This document shows positions 38,921-48,585 of a DNA stretch of 64,000 nt, piece after piece (position 1 is the first letter of the stretch; every line of letters starts with the position of its first letter). A model generated the notes under the pieces. That model made no database searches. It saw nothing but the letters and a program-made list of their open reading frames with translations, and was not told the DNA's origin. The stretch lies in NCBI GenBank assembly GCA_963667665.2, contig OY763927.2:960001-1024000 (forward strand), written 5' to 3'. This DNA comes from Nitrosopumilus sp. Lineage in GTDB: Archaea > Thermoproteota > Nitrososphaeria > Nitrososphaerales > Nitrosopumilaceae. The position numbers were made by a program, and so were the translations under genes.

Positions 38921-39712
38921 GTGAATAATATGGGACTTTTTAGCAAGAAAAATGTAGAAGAAACAATTTCTGATAAAAGTGAAGAATATGTACTAAAAGA
39001 AGAGTTAGAAACCGAAGTAGAAAATATTCAAAAAGAATTTAGAATAAAACAAGAAGAGCTTAATGAAATCACACAAAAAATTAAAACGGTAAAAGAAGAA
39101 TACAATTACATCGTTAGTAATTTAATGGTAGTTAAAAAAGAAATTAATCGAAAAAAAATGGAACTTGATGTAGTTCAAATAGAATATAGAAAAACTGCCG
39201 AGAAGATTAAAAATTCTGAACAGATTAAAGATTCAAAATCAATTGATCAATTTAATAAAACTGAAAAAAACTTTTCAAAAATAAAACAAGAATTGGAAGA
39301 AGTAAAAAAAGAGCATGAAGAAATCAATGAACAAATTTTACAAAAACAATCATTACTACATAGTATAAAAAACCAACAGATAGAATATGAAAAAGAATTA
39401 GATGAAGCAAGATCTAGACTGTATAATGCAAAAGAAGAATTAGAGAAAAAAGATCATTTTCAAGATACAAGTATTCTAACTAAAAAAGAAAAAGAATTCA
39501 TCCAAGGAGATAATTCAAATCAAAAAAGTTCTGCAAGAATTATTGAAGCAGCAAGTGCAGTGGTAGGATCATTAAAATCAAAACTTAACATAACACAAAA
39601 AGAACTAGAGTCACTTCAATTACTTTTAGAAAAAGAAAGAGAAGAGCATGAAAAAACGAAAAAAGAATTAAAAAAACTCAAGGCATCAACAAAGTCATTA
39701 AAAAAATCATAA
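38921..39712 (+). CDS. Long coiled-coil protein
   Basis: E/K-rich heptads; MGLFSKK amphipathic N-terminus. Confidence 0.75.
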   Translation: MNNMGLFSKKNVEETISDKSEEYVLKEELETEVENIQKEFRIKQEELNEITQKIKTVKEEYNYIVSNLMVVKKEINRKKMELDVVQIEYRKTAEKIKNSEQIKDSKSIDQFNKTEKNFSKIKQELEEVKKEHEEINEQILQKQSLLHSIKNQQIEYEKELDEARSRLYNAKEELEKKDHFQDTSILTKKEKEFIQGDNSNQKSSARIIEAASAVVGSLKSKLNITQKELESLQLLLEKEREEHEKTKKELKKLKASTKSLKKS

Positions 39713-40147
39713 ACTTTCAAAATATTTTTTCCATTTTGATTTTATTTCTTCCTCTGAAATTCCCATATCATATAATGGAGAAGTCACTTCAGATACATCT
39801 GAAACATCAACTAATACAATGGAATTGATTGGACTCTTGATTCCTTTTTTTCTATAATGAGTGAGAATCTCTTCGTATAGAGAATTATCTTTAATAATTC
39901 GAGCCTGCCCTTGGAATAGATAGCCTTTACGTAGAAGAGGATCAATTACATTAATTTCTACATGAGGATTATTTTGTAAATTCTTTATTGTGTCTGGTGA
40001 ACGAATATCTGCAAATGCCAATACATCTGATGTCCAGGCAATGATAGTTCCTTTGGGAGAAATGTTTGGTTTACCATCAGAGCTAACAGTTGCTACATAA
40101 CCTAGCTTTTGAAGATCCAAAAAGTCTTTAATTTCTTGAGTAATCAT
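39707..40147 (-). CDS. Pyridoxamine-5'-phosphate-oxidase-like split-barrel flavin (FMN/F420)-binding protein
   Basis: YVATVSSDGKPNISPKG and TIKNLQNNPHVEI motifs. Confidence 0.88.
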   Translation of the reverse strand: MITQEIKDFLDLQKLGYVATVSSDGKPNISPKGTIIAWTSDVLAFADIRSPDTIKNLQNNPHVEINVIDPLLRKGYLFQGQARIIKDNSLYEEILTHYRKKGIKSPINSIVLVDVSDVSEVTSPLYDMGISEEEIKSKWKKYFESL

Positions 40148-40192
40148 ATTAATTATTACTACAAATAACTACATTGTAATTAGTTTTCAAAA

Positions 40193-40291
40193 TTAGCGCA
40201 TAAACTCAGCCATTTCTATTGAAAAGAAGAAGAATCCAATTCCTCCTGTAATTAGTGCAATCCAAGCGACAATCTGTTTATTTTTAGACAT
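40193..40291 (-). CDS. 32-aa single-TM peptide (not in ORF track)
   Basis: MSKNKQIVAWIALITGGIGFFFFSIEMAEFMR*. Confidence 0.45.
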   Translation of the reverse strand: MSKNKQIVAWIALITGGIGFFFFSIEMAEFMR

Positions 40292-40376
40292 TACGAAGAG
40301 AATACTCGAAACTTACTATTGAATCTAATTGAATTCCCCAGACAATTATAATTAGACTTGCAATAAAGTAGCAATA

Positions 40377-40526
40377 TTGGTAAGCATCAAAGATATTGGA
40401 AAATTTTTCATGTTTATTGTTGGAGGATTAGTGGCTATAATCGTGGGTTCATTTATGATTCGAGGAACAATGCACATGTGGGACAAACCAGAAAATGGAA
40501 AAGAAGATGAAAAAGATAATGACTAA
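40377..40526 (+). CDS. 49-aa single-TM protein (not in ORF track)
   Basis: TTG start about 25-30 nt after TTATAAT; MVSIKDIGKFFMFIVGGLVAIIVGSFMIRG...KDND*. Confidence 0.55.
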   Translation: MVSIKDIGKFFMFIVGGLVAIIVGSFMIRGTMHMWDKPENGKEDEKDND

Positions 40527-40555
40527 AAAACAAGTGCTACCAAATAAAATTAGAA

Positions 40556-40855
40556 TTGCTTCAAGACTCTACAATTAGAAAATCACTTGACCAATACATC
40601 AAAAGAAGAATCCAAGAGATACCAACTGAAATTAAACAAACATTTCCATACATCAAACAAATTTGGAAGTGTGATAATGAAGTAGATTTTCTTTATGGAT
40701 ACTATGTTGGAAAAATTGAAGAGGGTTCTTTGCATTATTTACTCAAAGCAACTCGTGCATCAGCTGGTGGTTATGTAGATACTTTTGAAATAAGAGGAAT
40801 TATTGAAACACACAAAAAAGAATTACTAGATACAATAAAATCTTCAATCAATTAG
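40556..40855 (+). CDS. Conserved-looking hypothetical protein
   Basis: 99-aa ORF; WKCDNEVDFLYGYYVG; paralogous to 34768-35067. Confidence 0.7.
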   Translation: MLQDSTIRKSLDQYIKRRIQEIPTEIKQTFPYIKQIWKCDNEVDFLYGYYVGKIEEGSLHYLLKATRASAGGYVDTFEIRGIIETHKKELLDTIKSSIN

Positions 40856-40889
40856 TGAAGTAGAAATACTACATCAATTATGATAAAAC

Positions 40890-41063
40890 ATGGTAGGACC
40901 ACAAGATGGAGGTTTTGGATTTGATCAATCTAAAAAATATACAAATGTAGATAATCTTGAAGTGGTTTGTGTACAATGCCAAGCTGGCCAACACAAAAAG
41001 TGTTTGAAGAAAGCAAAAGAACAAGAAGTATGTGAATGTGAACAGTGTATGATTTACGGCTAG
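40890..41063 (+). CDS. 57-aa Cys-rich metal-binding protein (not in ORF track)
   Basis: MVGPQDGG...CVQCQAGQHKKC...CECEQCMIYG*. Confidence 0.65.
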   Translation: MVGPQDGGFGFDQSKKYTNVDNLEVVCVQCQAGQHKKCLKKAKEQEVCECEQCMIYG

Positions 41064-41107
41064 ATTGATCAGACAATTATTAATACCATTAAACAACACG
41101 ATCAGAT

Positions 41108-41230
41108 CTGTCAAGTCAATACGAATTCAAATGTGTATTTTGTGGTAAGGAATATGGTTCTGATGTAGTAGAACTAGCATTACATATTGGTAGAGTTCAT
41201 GACCAACCAAGAAATTTGTATATTGATTAA
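41108..41230 (+). CDS. 40-aa C2H2-type zinc-finger peptide, CTG start
   Basis: (L)SSQYEFKCVFCGKEYGSDVVELALHIGRVHDQ...*; in-frame stop at 41090-41092; TTATTAATA box about 25-30 nt upstream. Confidence 0.55.
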   Translation: MSSQYEFKCVFCGKEYGSDVVELALHIGRVHDQPRNLYID

Positions 41231-41233
41231 AAA

Positions 41234-41566
41234 TTAAATGCTAGATAACTTGTTTTCTTGTTCCTGAATCTCTTGTTGATATGAATCAGAAACATTTTTA
41301 GCAAATTTTTTGTGTGCTGAAATGATTATAGTTAGTGCCTCCTTGTAATTTGGATGTCCTTTCTTAATTACATCACATGATTCAAGCGAAGTAATATGAC
41401 CTGTAACAGTTGCAATTGCACCTTTATGATTGAATTTTATGATTCCACCAAAGGCCTCAATTAACATGTAAGCAGATTCTGCTTTGCACTTGTAAGTAAC
41501 ACGACCAGTTTCAGTGTTGAATAGTTGTGTAACTCCACCAGGTTTTCTTGTTACAATGACTGTCAT
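41234..41566 (-). CDS. Hypothetical protein
   Basis: 110-aa ORF with ATG and an upstream TATA-like box. Confidence 0.65.
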   Translation of the reverse strand: MTVIVTRKPGGVTQLFNTETGRVTYKCKAESAYMLIEAFGGIIKFNHKGAIATVTGHITSLESCDVIKKGHPNYKEALTIIISAHKKFAKNVSDSYQQEIQEQENKLSSI

Positions 41567-41615
41567 GAGGTATGAAAAAAATATCCAGTATTAATTATTT
41601 TAGAAAAAAGATTTT

Positions 41616-42134
41616 CTAGGCAGTTGCATCAGCTGCTGGTGCTGTAGCATTTGCTGCCAGAGTTTTGTCTATTTCATTTATGGCGATCTTGTCTCGTCCG
41701 ATCAGTTCAAACTTTTGGATCAGCGTTTCAAACTTTGTTTCTTCTTGAACTTGCTCATTGACAAACCATTCTAGAAATGCATACGTTGAATGATCCTTAT
41801 CTTTTTGTGAGATTTCAACCATCTTGTGAATTGCTGCAGTAACTGCTTGTTCGTTCTTTAGTGCAGTCTTAAGAATTGACTCGAGAGATTTAAAATTAGT
41901 TGCAGGTGATTTTGATGCAGAGATCGTTGCAGAGATTCCCAAATTATTTAGATAGTGAATAAATTTTAGCATGTGTGTTCTCTCTTCATCTGACTGTGCA
42001 TAAAAGAAACCAGCACCGCCTTCATATCCTGTAACTTCACACCAGGATGCCATTGCAAGATATGTATTTGATGCGTTTGCTTCAAGAGTGATTTGGTTGT
42101 TTAGTGCTTTTTGCATGTTTTTTGAAATTTTCAT
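41616..42134 (-). CDS. Ferritin
   Basis: LNNQITLE..Y..MASW, EERTH, NEQ.VT and LEWFVNEQVQEE ferroxidase motifs. Confidence 0.93.
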   Translation of the reverse strand: MKISKNMQKALNNQITLEANASNTYLAMASWCEVTGYEGGAGFFYAQSDEERTHMLKFIHYLNNLGISATISASKSPATNFKSLESILKTALKNEQAVTAAIHKMVEISQKDKDHSTYAFLEWFVNEQVQEETKFETLIQKFELIGRDKIAINEIDKTLAANATAPAADATA

Positions 42135-42189
42135 AATTTTCAAATAATCTTTGTTTGTATCTGTTAAAAACACTTGCTAAAAACTAGAA

Positions 42190-42894
42190 TCACAGAGTTT
42201 CAAGATGAATACCAACACAAGAGAAACTTGTCCTATCACGAATTTCAGAATCCGCAAGTCCAGAATACTGGTAAAAAAATACTGTATCTTGAAGATATGT
42301 TCCATAATTGATTATCCCACAATCAGTAAAAGCCCAAGTCTGAATTACAGCACCTGTCCCATCAAGAACATCTACATCTACATCAAATTCATTGAGTAAA
42401 TTGCCTCTATCCATCCAATCTGCAATAAAATCATAGAATTGTTTTTTATCTGCACTAGGTAGTGATTCTAAGAAAAATATTGGATTAACATCACGAAAAT
42501 CATACATTCTTGCTAGAGGATCATTTGAATCACCAGGATCAGATGTTGTTATTTCAAATTTTTCAAAAAAGTGCACGGGTAAAGGTGACATTATGTTAGA
42601 AATTGTAACTCTAAATGATTGAGCACGTTCTTCATCAGAATACATTGTTTGGGCGGCAGTTACTTCAGTAATTGGAATTGGTACATCAATCACACCATTG
42701 TTAATTAGATACTCTAATGATTCAACATAATCAGCATCACTAATTGAACCTTCAGACCACCACTTTGCATTATTTTTAATCCAGTCAGGTATTGTAGAGT
42801 CTGCAGCTGACGCTGTAATTGAGAAACCTAAGAATCCAATTATAGATATTGTAAAAATTATTGAAAATTTTTTTGGGAATTTTTTTATATCAAT
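42190..42894 (-). CDS. Secreted protein: signal peptide, IPDWIKNNAKWW domain and possible tail-tube-like domain; no canonical start (ATT?)
   Basis: Frame stays open upstream of the ORF-track GTG through IPDWIKNNAKWWSEGSISDADYVESLEYLINNG and a signal peptide ending ASA. Confidence 0.65.
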   Translation of the reverse strand: MDIKKFPKKFSIIFTISIIGFLGFSITASAADSTIPDWIKNNAKWWSEGSISDADYVESLEYLINNGVIDVPIPITEVTAAQTMYSDEERAQSFRVTISNIMSPLPVHFFEKFEITTSDPGDSNDPLARMYDFRDVNPIFFLESLPSADKKQFYDFIADWMDRGNLLNEFDVDVDVLDGTGAVIQTWAFTDCGIINYGTYLQDTVFFYQYSGLADSEIRDRTSFSCVGIHLETL

Positions 42895-43322
42895 TATGTA
42901 TTGTTCTGAGTACTTCCTTTTAATTGATCAACTAATTCTCTAAGATCTTTTAGTAATTTTTCTTGATTGTATTCTAAATCATCCATTCTATCAAGAATTA
43001 ATTTTTGGGCATGTGAGATATCCTTTTCTTCTTTTTCAAATCGATGTTTGTAAAAAGATGTTCACAATACAGATAAGAAAAGAGCCAAAACACCAATTCC
43101 AAAAAACATGTAAAAGATTGCTACAATTTTACCTGTATCAGTTACAGGTACTACATCTCCATATCCTACAGTTGTTACTGTAGCTACTGTCCACCAAACT
43201 GCATCAAGCATTGAATTAATTTGAGAATCTGGATGTTGTGATTCTACAGAAAAAATTACTAAAGAGCCAATTACAATAACTCCTGCTGCAGCGAAAAGAA
43301 GATAAAATAGTTTATTTACAAT
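42894..43322 (-). pseudogene. KcsA-like two-TM potassium channel with in-frame TGA and no canonical start
   Basis: DAVWWTVATVTTVGYGDVVPVT filter; TGA at 43062-43064 at the end of TM2; coiled-coil tail continues in frame. Confidence 0.8.
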
Positions 43323-44596
43323 TAAAAACTAAATCTAGTTATTAAAAAGACTAACGCGAATCCAGATAAAAATATGATTCCTGCGAAACTCAAAAGTTTC
43401 AGCAACATAGAAGGTTGGGATTCTTTTGCAAGATGTTTTCCTGTGACTAGTCTAAAATTAAAAATAGCAATTACAGGGGCAATCAGAAATGATAAAACTG
43501 TTGCAAAATCAACTAGTTCTTTTAGATTATTTTTAAATTGAAATACAATTACAAGTGCCCCAATAGAGATTACAAATAAGAAAATGACGTAAAGTTTATT
43601 GAATTTGGGGCTTGTATTTTGTTCTTTTTTTGTAAAAATCAATTCTACAGTTCTCTTCAATGATCTAGAATAACCATCCAAAACAGCAATGATTGTTCCA
43701 AACATTACAGTAAATGCAGATGCTGCAATTAGGATATAACTCCAATCACCAATGGTCTGTGTGTATAGTGTTACTATTTTGTGTGCAAAAAGAGAATTGT
43801 TATTTGGCAAGTCTTCACCAGATCCATAAAAAATAAAAGATCCAAGTGTGACAAACATCACTGCAAGAATTCCTGTTATGAAATATGTTAATCTAAATTC
43901 AAAAATAGTTTCTTTGAGTTTTGGGATGTATTTTGTTTGTTTCATTCGCTCTAATGTCCATAAACTATTCCAGCTTGAAAGATCAACTGCAGTAGGCATC
44001 CAACCCATTAAAGCAAGTAAGAAAAAAATTCCAGAAGCATTCCAAAGTTCTTTTGGTACAAATTCATCTACAGGTTCTATTGGACCATTATACAATGCAA
44101 ACAAGAAAGCCGAGACAGTAGATATTACCAAAACAATAACTATAATCTTAATCAGGCTATCAAGAATATTGTATTTTCCAACTGCTAAAATTAAAACACA
44201 TATTGCAAATAAAATGATCATGGTCCATTCTCCAAGAAAATCTATTCCAAAAAGATTTTCAAAAAATCCTGCAGCAACAAAGCCTACAGCACCTGTAACA
44301 AAAAACATTGAAGCAATAGTTAGGAGAAAATATAACCATAATGCTGGTCTTCCAAGTTTCTTATAGCCGTCAATAATACTAGTTTGAGTAGAATTTGCAT
44401 AACGAGAACCATATTCAAAGAAAGGATATTTTAGCAAAGTAACTATAATTACAAATCCTAAAATCAGTAAACCAAAATCAGCACCAGCCCTAGTAGATTG
44501 AACAAGATGAGAGACACCAATTGCAGTACTTGCAAATAATATTCCAGGACCAGCAGTCTTTGAAAAACGAGATAATTTCTCATTCATTGTATTCAA
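43322..44596 (-). CDS. NRAMP-like divalent metal cation transporter
   Basis: GPGILFASTAIGVSHLVQSTRAGA, LMGWMP and MFGT motifs; about 11 TM helices. Confidence 0.8.
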   Translation of the reverse strand: MNTMNEKLSRFSKTAGPGILFASTAIGVSHLVQSTRAGADFGLLILGFVIIVTLLKYPFFEYGSRYANSTQTSIIDGYKKLGRPALWLYFLLTIASMFFVTGAVGFVAAGFFENLFGIDFLGEWTMIILFAICVLILAVGKYNILDSLIKIIVIVLVISTVSAFLFALYNGPIEPVDEFVPKELWNASGIFFLLALMGWMPTAVDLSSWNSLWTLERMKQTKYIPKLKETIFEFRLTYFITGILAVMFVTLGSFIFYGSGEDLPNNNSLFAHKIVTLYTQTIGDWSYILIAASAFTVMFGTIIAVLDGYSRSLKRTVELIFTKKEQNTSPKFNKLYVIFLFVISIGALVIVFQFKNNLKELVDFATVLSFLIAPVIAIFNFRLVTGKHLAKESQPSMLLKLLSFAGIIFLSGFALVFLITRFSF

Positions 44597-44611
44597 AAAA
44601 CCTTCTAAAAT

Positions 44612-44983
44612 CTAAACAGTGTTGACAGTCCAAGAATCATCAACATAAACACCAATAACTTTTGCACCTAAATTCCAGGAAGAAATTTCCTCAACTCCTT
44701 TTTTAATGAATTCAATGTGTTCTTCATCAGAAACTGGGTTTGCTGCACAATTATAATGTCCAGAAAAAACAATTAGTTCTGATTTGTGAGCACGAACAGA
44801 TATTGTAGCTTTGGTTTTGAGTGATGCAGTTATAGAATCTCGTGTGACATTCTTATCTACACCTGGTTCTGTAATTGCATCTACATAGTCAACAGAATAA
44901 TTTTCTTTAATCCATTTTGCTAATGGAATTTGAATTCTACCATCTATACAGGAAATAGAAGTCGCAAATTTTCCTTCAGACAT
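44612..44983 (-). CDS. Minimal beta-class-like carbonic anhydrase
   Basis: CIDGR and H-x-x-C (GHYNC) zinc ligands. Confidence 0.75.
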   Translation of the reverse strand: MSEGKFATSISCIDGRIQIPLAKWIKENYSVDYVDAITEPGVDKNVTRDSITASLKTKATISVRAHKSELIVFSGHYNCAANPVSDEEHIEFIKKGVEEISSWNLGAKVIGVYVDDSWTVNTV

Positions 44984-45012
44984 GAATTCAGATAATTATT
45001 CTAGTTTAAAAA

Positions 45013-45567
45013 TTATTTTTTGTATAGAAAGCAGTTAGAAATATGATCATTTACCATTCCTGTTGCCTGCATTAATGCATAACAGATTGTAGGCCCGACA
45101 AAATTGAATCCTCGTTTTTTAAGATCTTTGCTTAATTTCTCTGAAATTCCAGTAGTTGTAGGCAAATCAGATAGTTTTTTGAATTTATTTTTGATTGATT
45201 TATTCTTTACAAAGCCCCATAGATACTTGTCAAATGAGCCAAATTCTTCTTGAACTTTGAGAAACAATTTTGCATTATTAATTGCCGAATTGATTTTCAG
45301 TTTGTTTCTAATGATAGATTCATCTTTGAGTAGTTTTTCAACACGTTTTTGAGTGTATTTTGAGACTTTTAGAGCATCAAAATTAGAAAATGCCTTCCTA
45401 TAGCCATCTCTTCGTTTGAGAATAGTAGTCCAAGATAGACCTGCCTGAGCCCCTTCTAGTATTAGAAATTCAAATAACTTTTGATCATTGTGTTGTGGTT
45501 TTCCCCATTCTTTATCATGATATGTTGTATTAGGTTCATCTTTTGCCCATTCACATCTCTTTTTCAT
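45013..45567 (-). CDS. tag: DNA-3-methyladenine glycosylase I
   Basis: RCEW, YHDKEWG, LEGAQAGLSW, IIRNKLKI and GMVNDH..C motifs. Confidence 0.96.
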   Translation of the reverse strand: MKKRCEWAKDEPNTTYHDKEWGKPQHNDQKLFEFLILEGAQAGLSWTTILKRRDGYRKAFSNFDALKVSKYTQKRVEKLLKDESIIRNKLKINSAINNAKLFLKVQEEFGSFDKYLWGFVKNKSIKNKFKKLSDLPTTTGISEKLSKDLKKRGFNFVGPTICYALMQATGMVNDHISNCFLYKK

Positions 45568-45618
45568 AATTAGTTAATAGTTAACACAGAATATTAGTTG
45601 TCAAATACCAGGAAAATT

Positions 45619-46044
45619 ATGAAATGAAACCAACAGCTATTACAAATTAACAGAAATTTTCTTATTTGCTTTATTATTTCAGCATCGCTATCAGCAGCAG
45701 TTGCTCAAATTTTATCAGATTATGAAAATTATCTAAACACAACTTTTACCATAATTTTTGGATACATCATTTACTTTGGAATTTTTTCATGTTTGTTTTA
45801 TTTGGATAACAAAGGACGTTACAAGACTATGAAATCAAGTTTAATCAAAAAAGAATTACTTACTTTGGTTTCATCATTTGGAGTAGGTGAAATAATTTAT
45901 CTTCTAGTAAGATGGCCAACACTGTATTATTTTCTTGAGATTGGAATAGAACCATTTGTGGCATCATTAATTTCAGAAATTATTTCAACTGCATGTTATA
46001 TGATAACAGTTACAGTATTTCTTAGAAAAACAAAGACGTTTTAG
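45619..46044 (+). pseudogene. Membrane protein with TGA at codon 3
   Basis: ATG AAA TGA AAC CAA...; the frame continues through two extra TM helices into the ORF-track 45793-46044. Confidence 0.6.
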
Positions 46045-46446
46045 TTATTTTGCAAGTTGATTAACTAAATCAGTAGATGTGATTAGTCCAACAATATCAC
46101 CATTGTCAGTTACTGCAAGTTTTCTGATTTTTTTGCTACTCATCCTTTCTGCTGCAGCTGAGATGGATTCGTCATGATTAATTGTAACCAATGGAGAAGA
46201 CATTATTTCTTTAGCGGGAGTATCAAATGAACGATTGTTTGCAGCAATTTTTGTTGCAAAATCTCTATCAGTAATGATACCAACAAGATGATCATTTTCT
46301 TTTACAAGAACTGCACCTATTCCTCCTTGTTCCATCATTTTTGCTATTTGAAATGCAGTAGTTGCAGGATTTACAGAGATTAAGGCCTTAATCATAATAT
46401 CCTCGACTATAATTGAGGAAAAGTTAGAATCGTCAGGGCTCATCAA
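46045..46446 (-). CDS. CBS-domain pair protein
   Basis: VEDIM, LVGIITDRD, IMSSPL and IRKLAV..GLITSTD motifs. Confidence 0.92.
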   Translation of the reverse strand: MMSPDDSNFSSIIVEDIMIKALISVNPATTAFQIAKMMEQGGIGAVLVKENDHLVGIITDRDFATKIAANNRSFDTPAKEIMSSPLVTINHDESISAAAERMSSKKIRKLAVTDNGDIVGLITSTDLVNQLAK

Positions 46447-46506
46447 TTTTGTTATTAATTGTGATATTTAAGACATTCATAGATAATGAATGGGAATATT
46501 TCAAAT

Positions 46507-46857
46507 ATGGGCCTAAAAGAAAAATTTTCAAAAAAAGACAAAGTAGGAAAAACAGAGAATGCCAAAAATGAATTACAGAAAGAATATGATGAAGGAAAAA
46601 AACAATTTCTAGGACAAGCAAAAAGAATGAAGAATCTTTGGAAGAGCAAAGAAATTGTTCAGTTAAAAACTGACGCCATTGCAGTATTGTACAAGAAAAG
46701 AGGTTATGAGGAAAAATTTTTTGAAGAATTTAATAAAATTACAAAAGAAGGATATCAAATGGTCTTAATGGAACCAGTAAAAGCAATTGATGCAGGACCA
46801 ATTGATATGCAAATTGGATCATACTATTACTTTCAGCACAAAAGTTGTATTAGATAA
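46507..46857 (+). CDS. Hypothetical protein
   Basis: ORF starting MGLKEKFSKK; ITKEGY and YYYFQ motifs. Confidence 0.65.
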   Translation: MGLKEKFSKKDKVGKTENAKNELQKEYDEGKKQFLGQAKRMKNLWKSKEIVQLKTDAIAVLYKKRGYEEKFFEEFNKITKEGYQMVLMEPVKAIDAGPIDMQIGSYYYFQHKSCIR

Positions 46858-48548
46858 CTATTCTAGTTTTTCAACCATTGGTAATTGCCAATCTTTCTCA
46901 TAGTATTCTGCAGTTGGAGAATAGAATCTAAACATCAGGAAAAATCCATCGCCTTCATTTGTATTTATCAAATGATTTTCATAACCTTCTGGGGCTTCTT
47001 GTCCAAAGTATACATCGTAAGAACCATCATCATTTTGTATTAGAGTATCAGCAACAAATGAACGAATTCCAGGTAATGGCTGTACATCATTTTTAATCAT
47101 GGAACGTGTTTCAGCATCGTAAACAACTATAGACCAAAAGTTTTCAGCAGGAATATTTTCTGGTATGTTTAAGTGATATGTGTTTGAACCTACAAGGAAA
47201 TTTTCATCACTGTCTCTATAATTTAGCAGATATTTTGAGCCCTTTCCTACAAGCTCAAGTACCATTGCATCAGCGGTGGTAATTGCTTGATAAACATAAG
47301 ATAGTCTTGGTTCAATCATTGTAGCTCCTCGTTCATCTTCAAAGCTAGGATTTTTAGTCATAAGTCCAAGCTCCCAATTTTTGTCAGGATAGTAAATGAA
47401 TGGTTCTTTGACAGGAGAATCATAAGCAATATTTCTAGACATTAAATTTGCCACAATAGCTGCCTCATCTAATAGTGCTTTAGTATGTTCATCAGGTTCA
47501 AATGGTTCTCCTGGAACTATACCAATTGAATGCATTAATCCAATTAGATTTTTGTCTTCATCTCTAACTACAGTTTCTTTTGAATATACTTCATGTAAGA
47601 ATTCCCAGAAACCTTCAGTGGTTGGATGTGAAAGCTTTAATGATTCTCCACTTACGTCAATGAATTTTGCTTTGGGAGGATTATCGATTTCTGACAAATT
47701 ATATACATTGAGACTTGTGATTAGTTCTTCTGCTGCTGCTTTATCAGGAGCATTTACAAAAGCACGACCAATTGCAAGAACTTGCATTGTATCAGATTGT
47801 TTAACAAAATAATTTTCAGTTCCTCCATCAAAATCTGAAGGAATTTCTCCATCATAGTTTGGAGGAAGTATCAAAAAGGATGCTTCATTTCCTTCATTAG
47901 GTCCTACTATTCCAAAATCAGTAATTGGTTGCTGGTAAACATTATCTACATGACCTTGAAGATTACCAGATGGAACATTAACAACGATTGGCCATTAGAA
48001 AGATCCTGAAATGTGAAAAAATACAATACAGAGGTGTTTCCTGTAAGAAGATCAATATCAGAATTCATAAAATCAGACCAATATAGAATGTCACCAGTAG
48101 TAGCACCTACTTTGTCTTGTTCATAAAATATTCCAGCACCACCAACTGCAGGAAGTGCAAGTTGGTAAACTTGAATGGCACGTTGGAAAAACAATTCATC
48201 TTTTAGAAGTTTTTGAGTTTCTGAAGTTAGATAATCAGATTGTAACTCTAGTGTACCAACTCTAGTTTCAAAAGTTTCTAATGATGACTCTTCTATCATA
48301 GATGCTTCTTTTTGTATATTTCCAAATCCTACATTTATTAATTTTTCAGCACTAATTGGTGTGACACATACTGCATCACCTAAAGTACGAATCATCAATA
48401 CTAACCCAGATTTACAAACTACATCTTCAGCTGCAATTCCATCAGCCATTTGTTGTCTAGGATAATCAATTGTTTCAGCAAATGATAATGCAGGAATTAT
48501 TCCAAGTGATAAAATTAATGGAATTAATGCAAAAATAATAATTTTCAT
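46858..48548 (-). pseudogene. Secreted DUF1254/DUF1214 protein split by a 1-nt frameshift near 47990
   Basis: Restoring one C (GGC CCA ATC) joins DLSNG to PIVVNVP...QPITDFG.VGP...FLILPPNYDG; C-terminal FWSIVVYD and FRFYSP motifs. Confidence 0.8.
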
Positions 48549-48575
48549 AAAATCTAATGATGTATGTAATATTTT

Positions 48576-48584
48576 AAAAAAAAA
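48576..48584 (-). terminator. Oligo-T terminator after tRNA-Arg
   Basis: T9 run on the minus strand 1 nt after the discriminator base. Confidence 0.6.
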
Positions 48585-48585
48585 G

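Noticed and set aside
40878-41114. Minus-strand 78-aa ORF
   Set aside because: The plus strand carries a more convincing Cys-rich ORF at 40890-41063
30985-45627. Genome-wide TGA recoding or selenocysteine
   Set aside because: TGA is the genuine stop of cofG, cofH, ureG, aroE and others; the TGA positions are not Cys-like catalytic sites, and I saw no Sec machinery in this window
38692-48585. Provirus or integrative element at tRNA-Arg
   Set aside because: No integrase, capsid, transposase or att repeat seen
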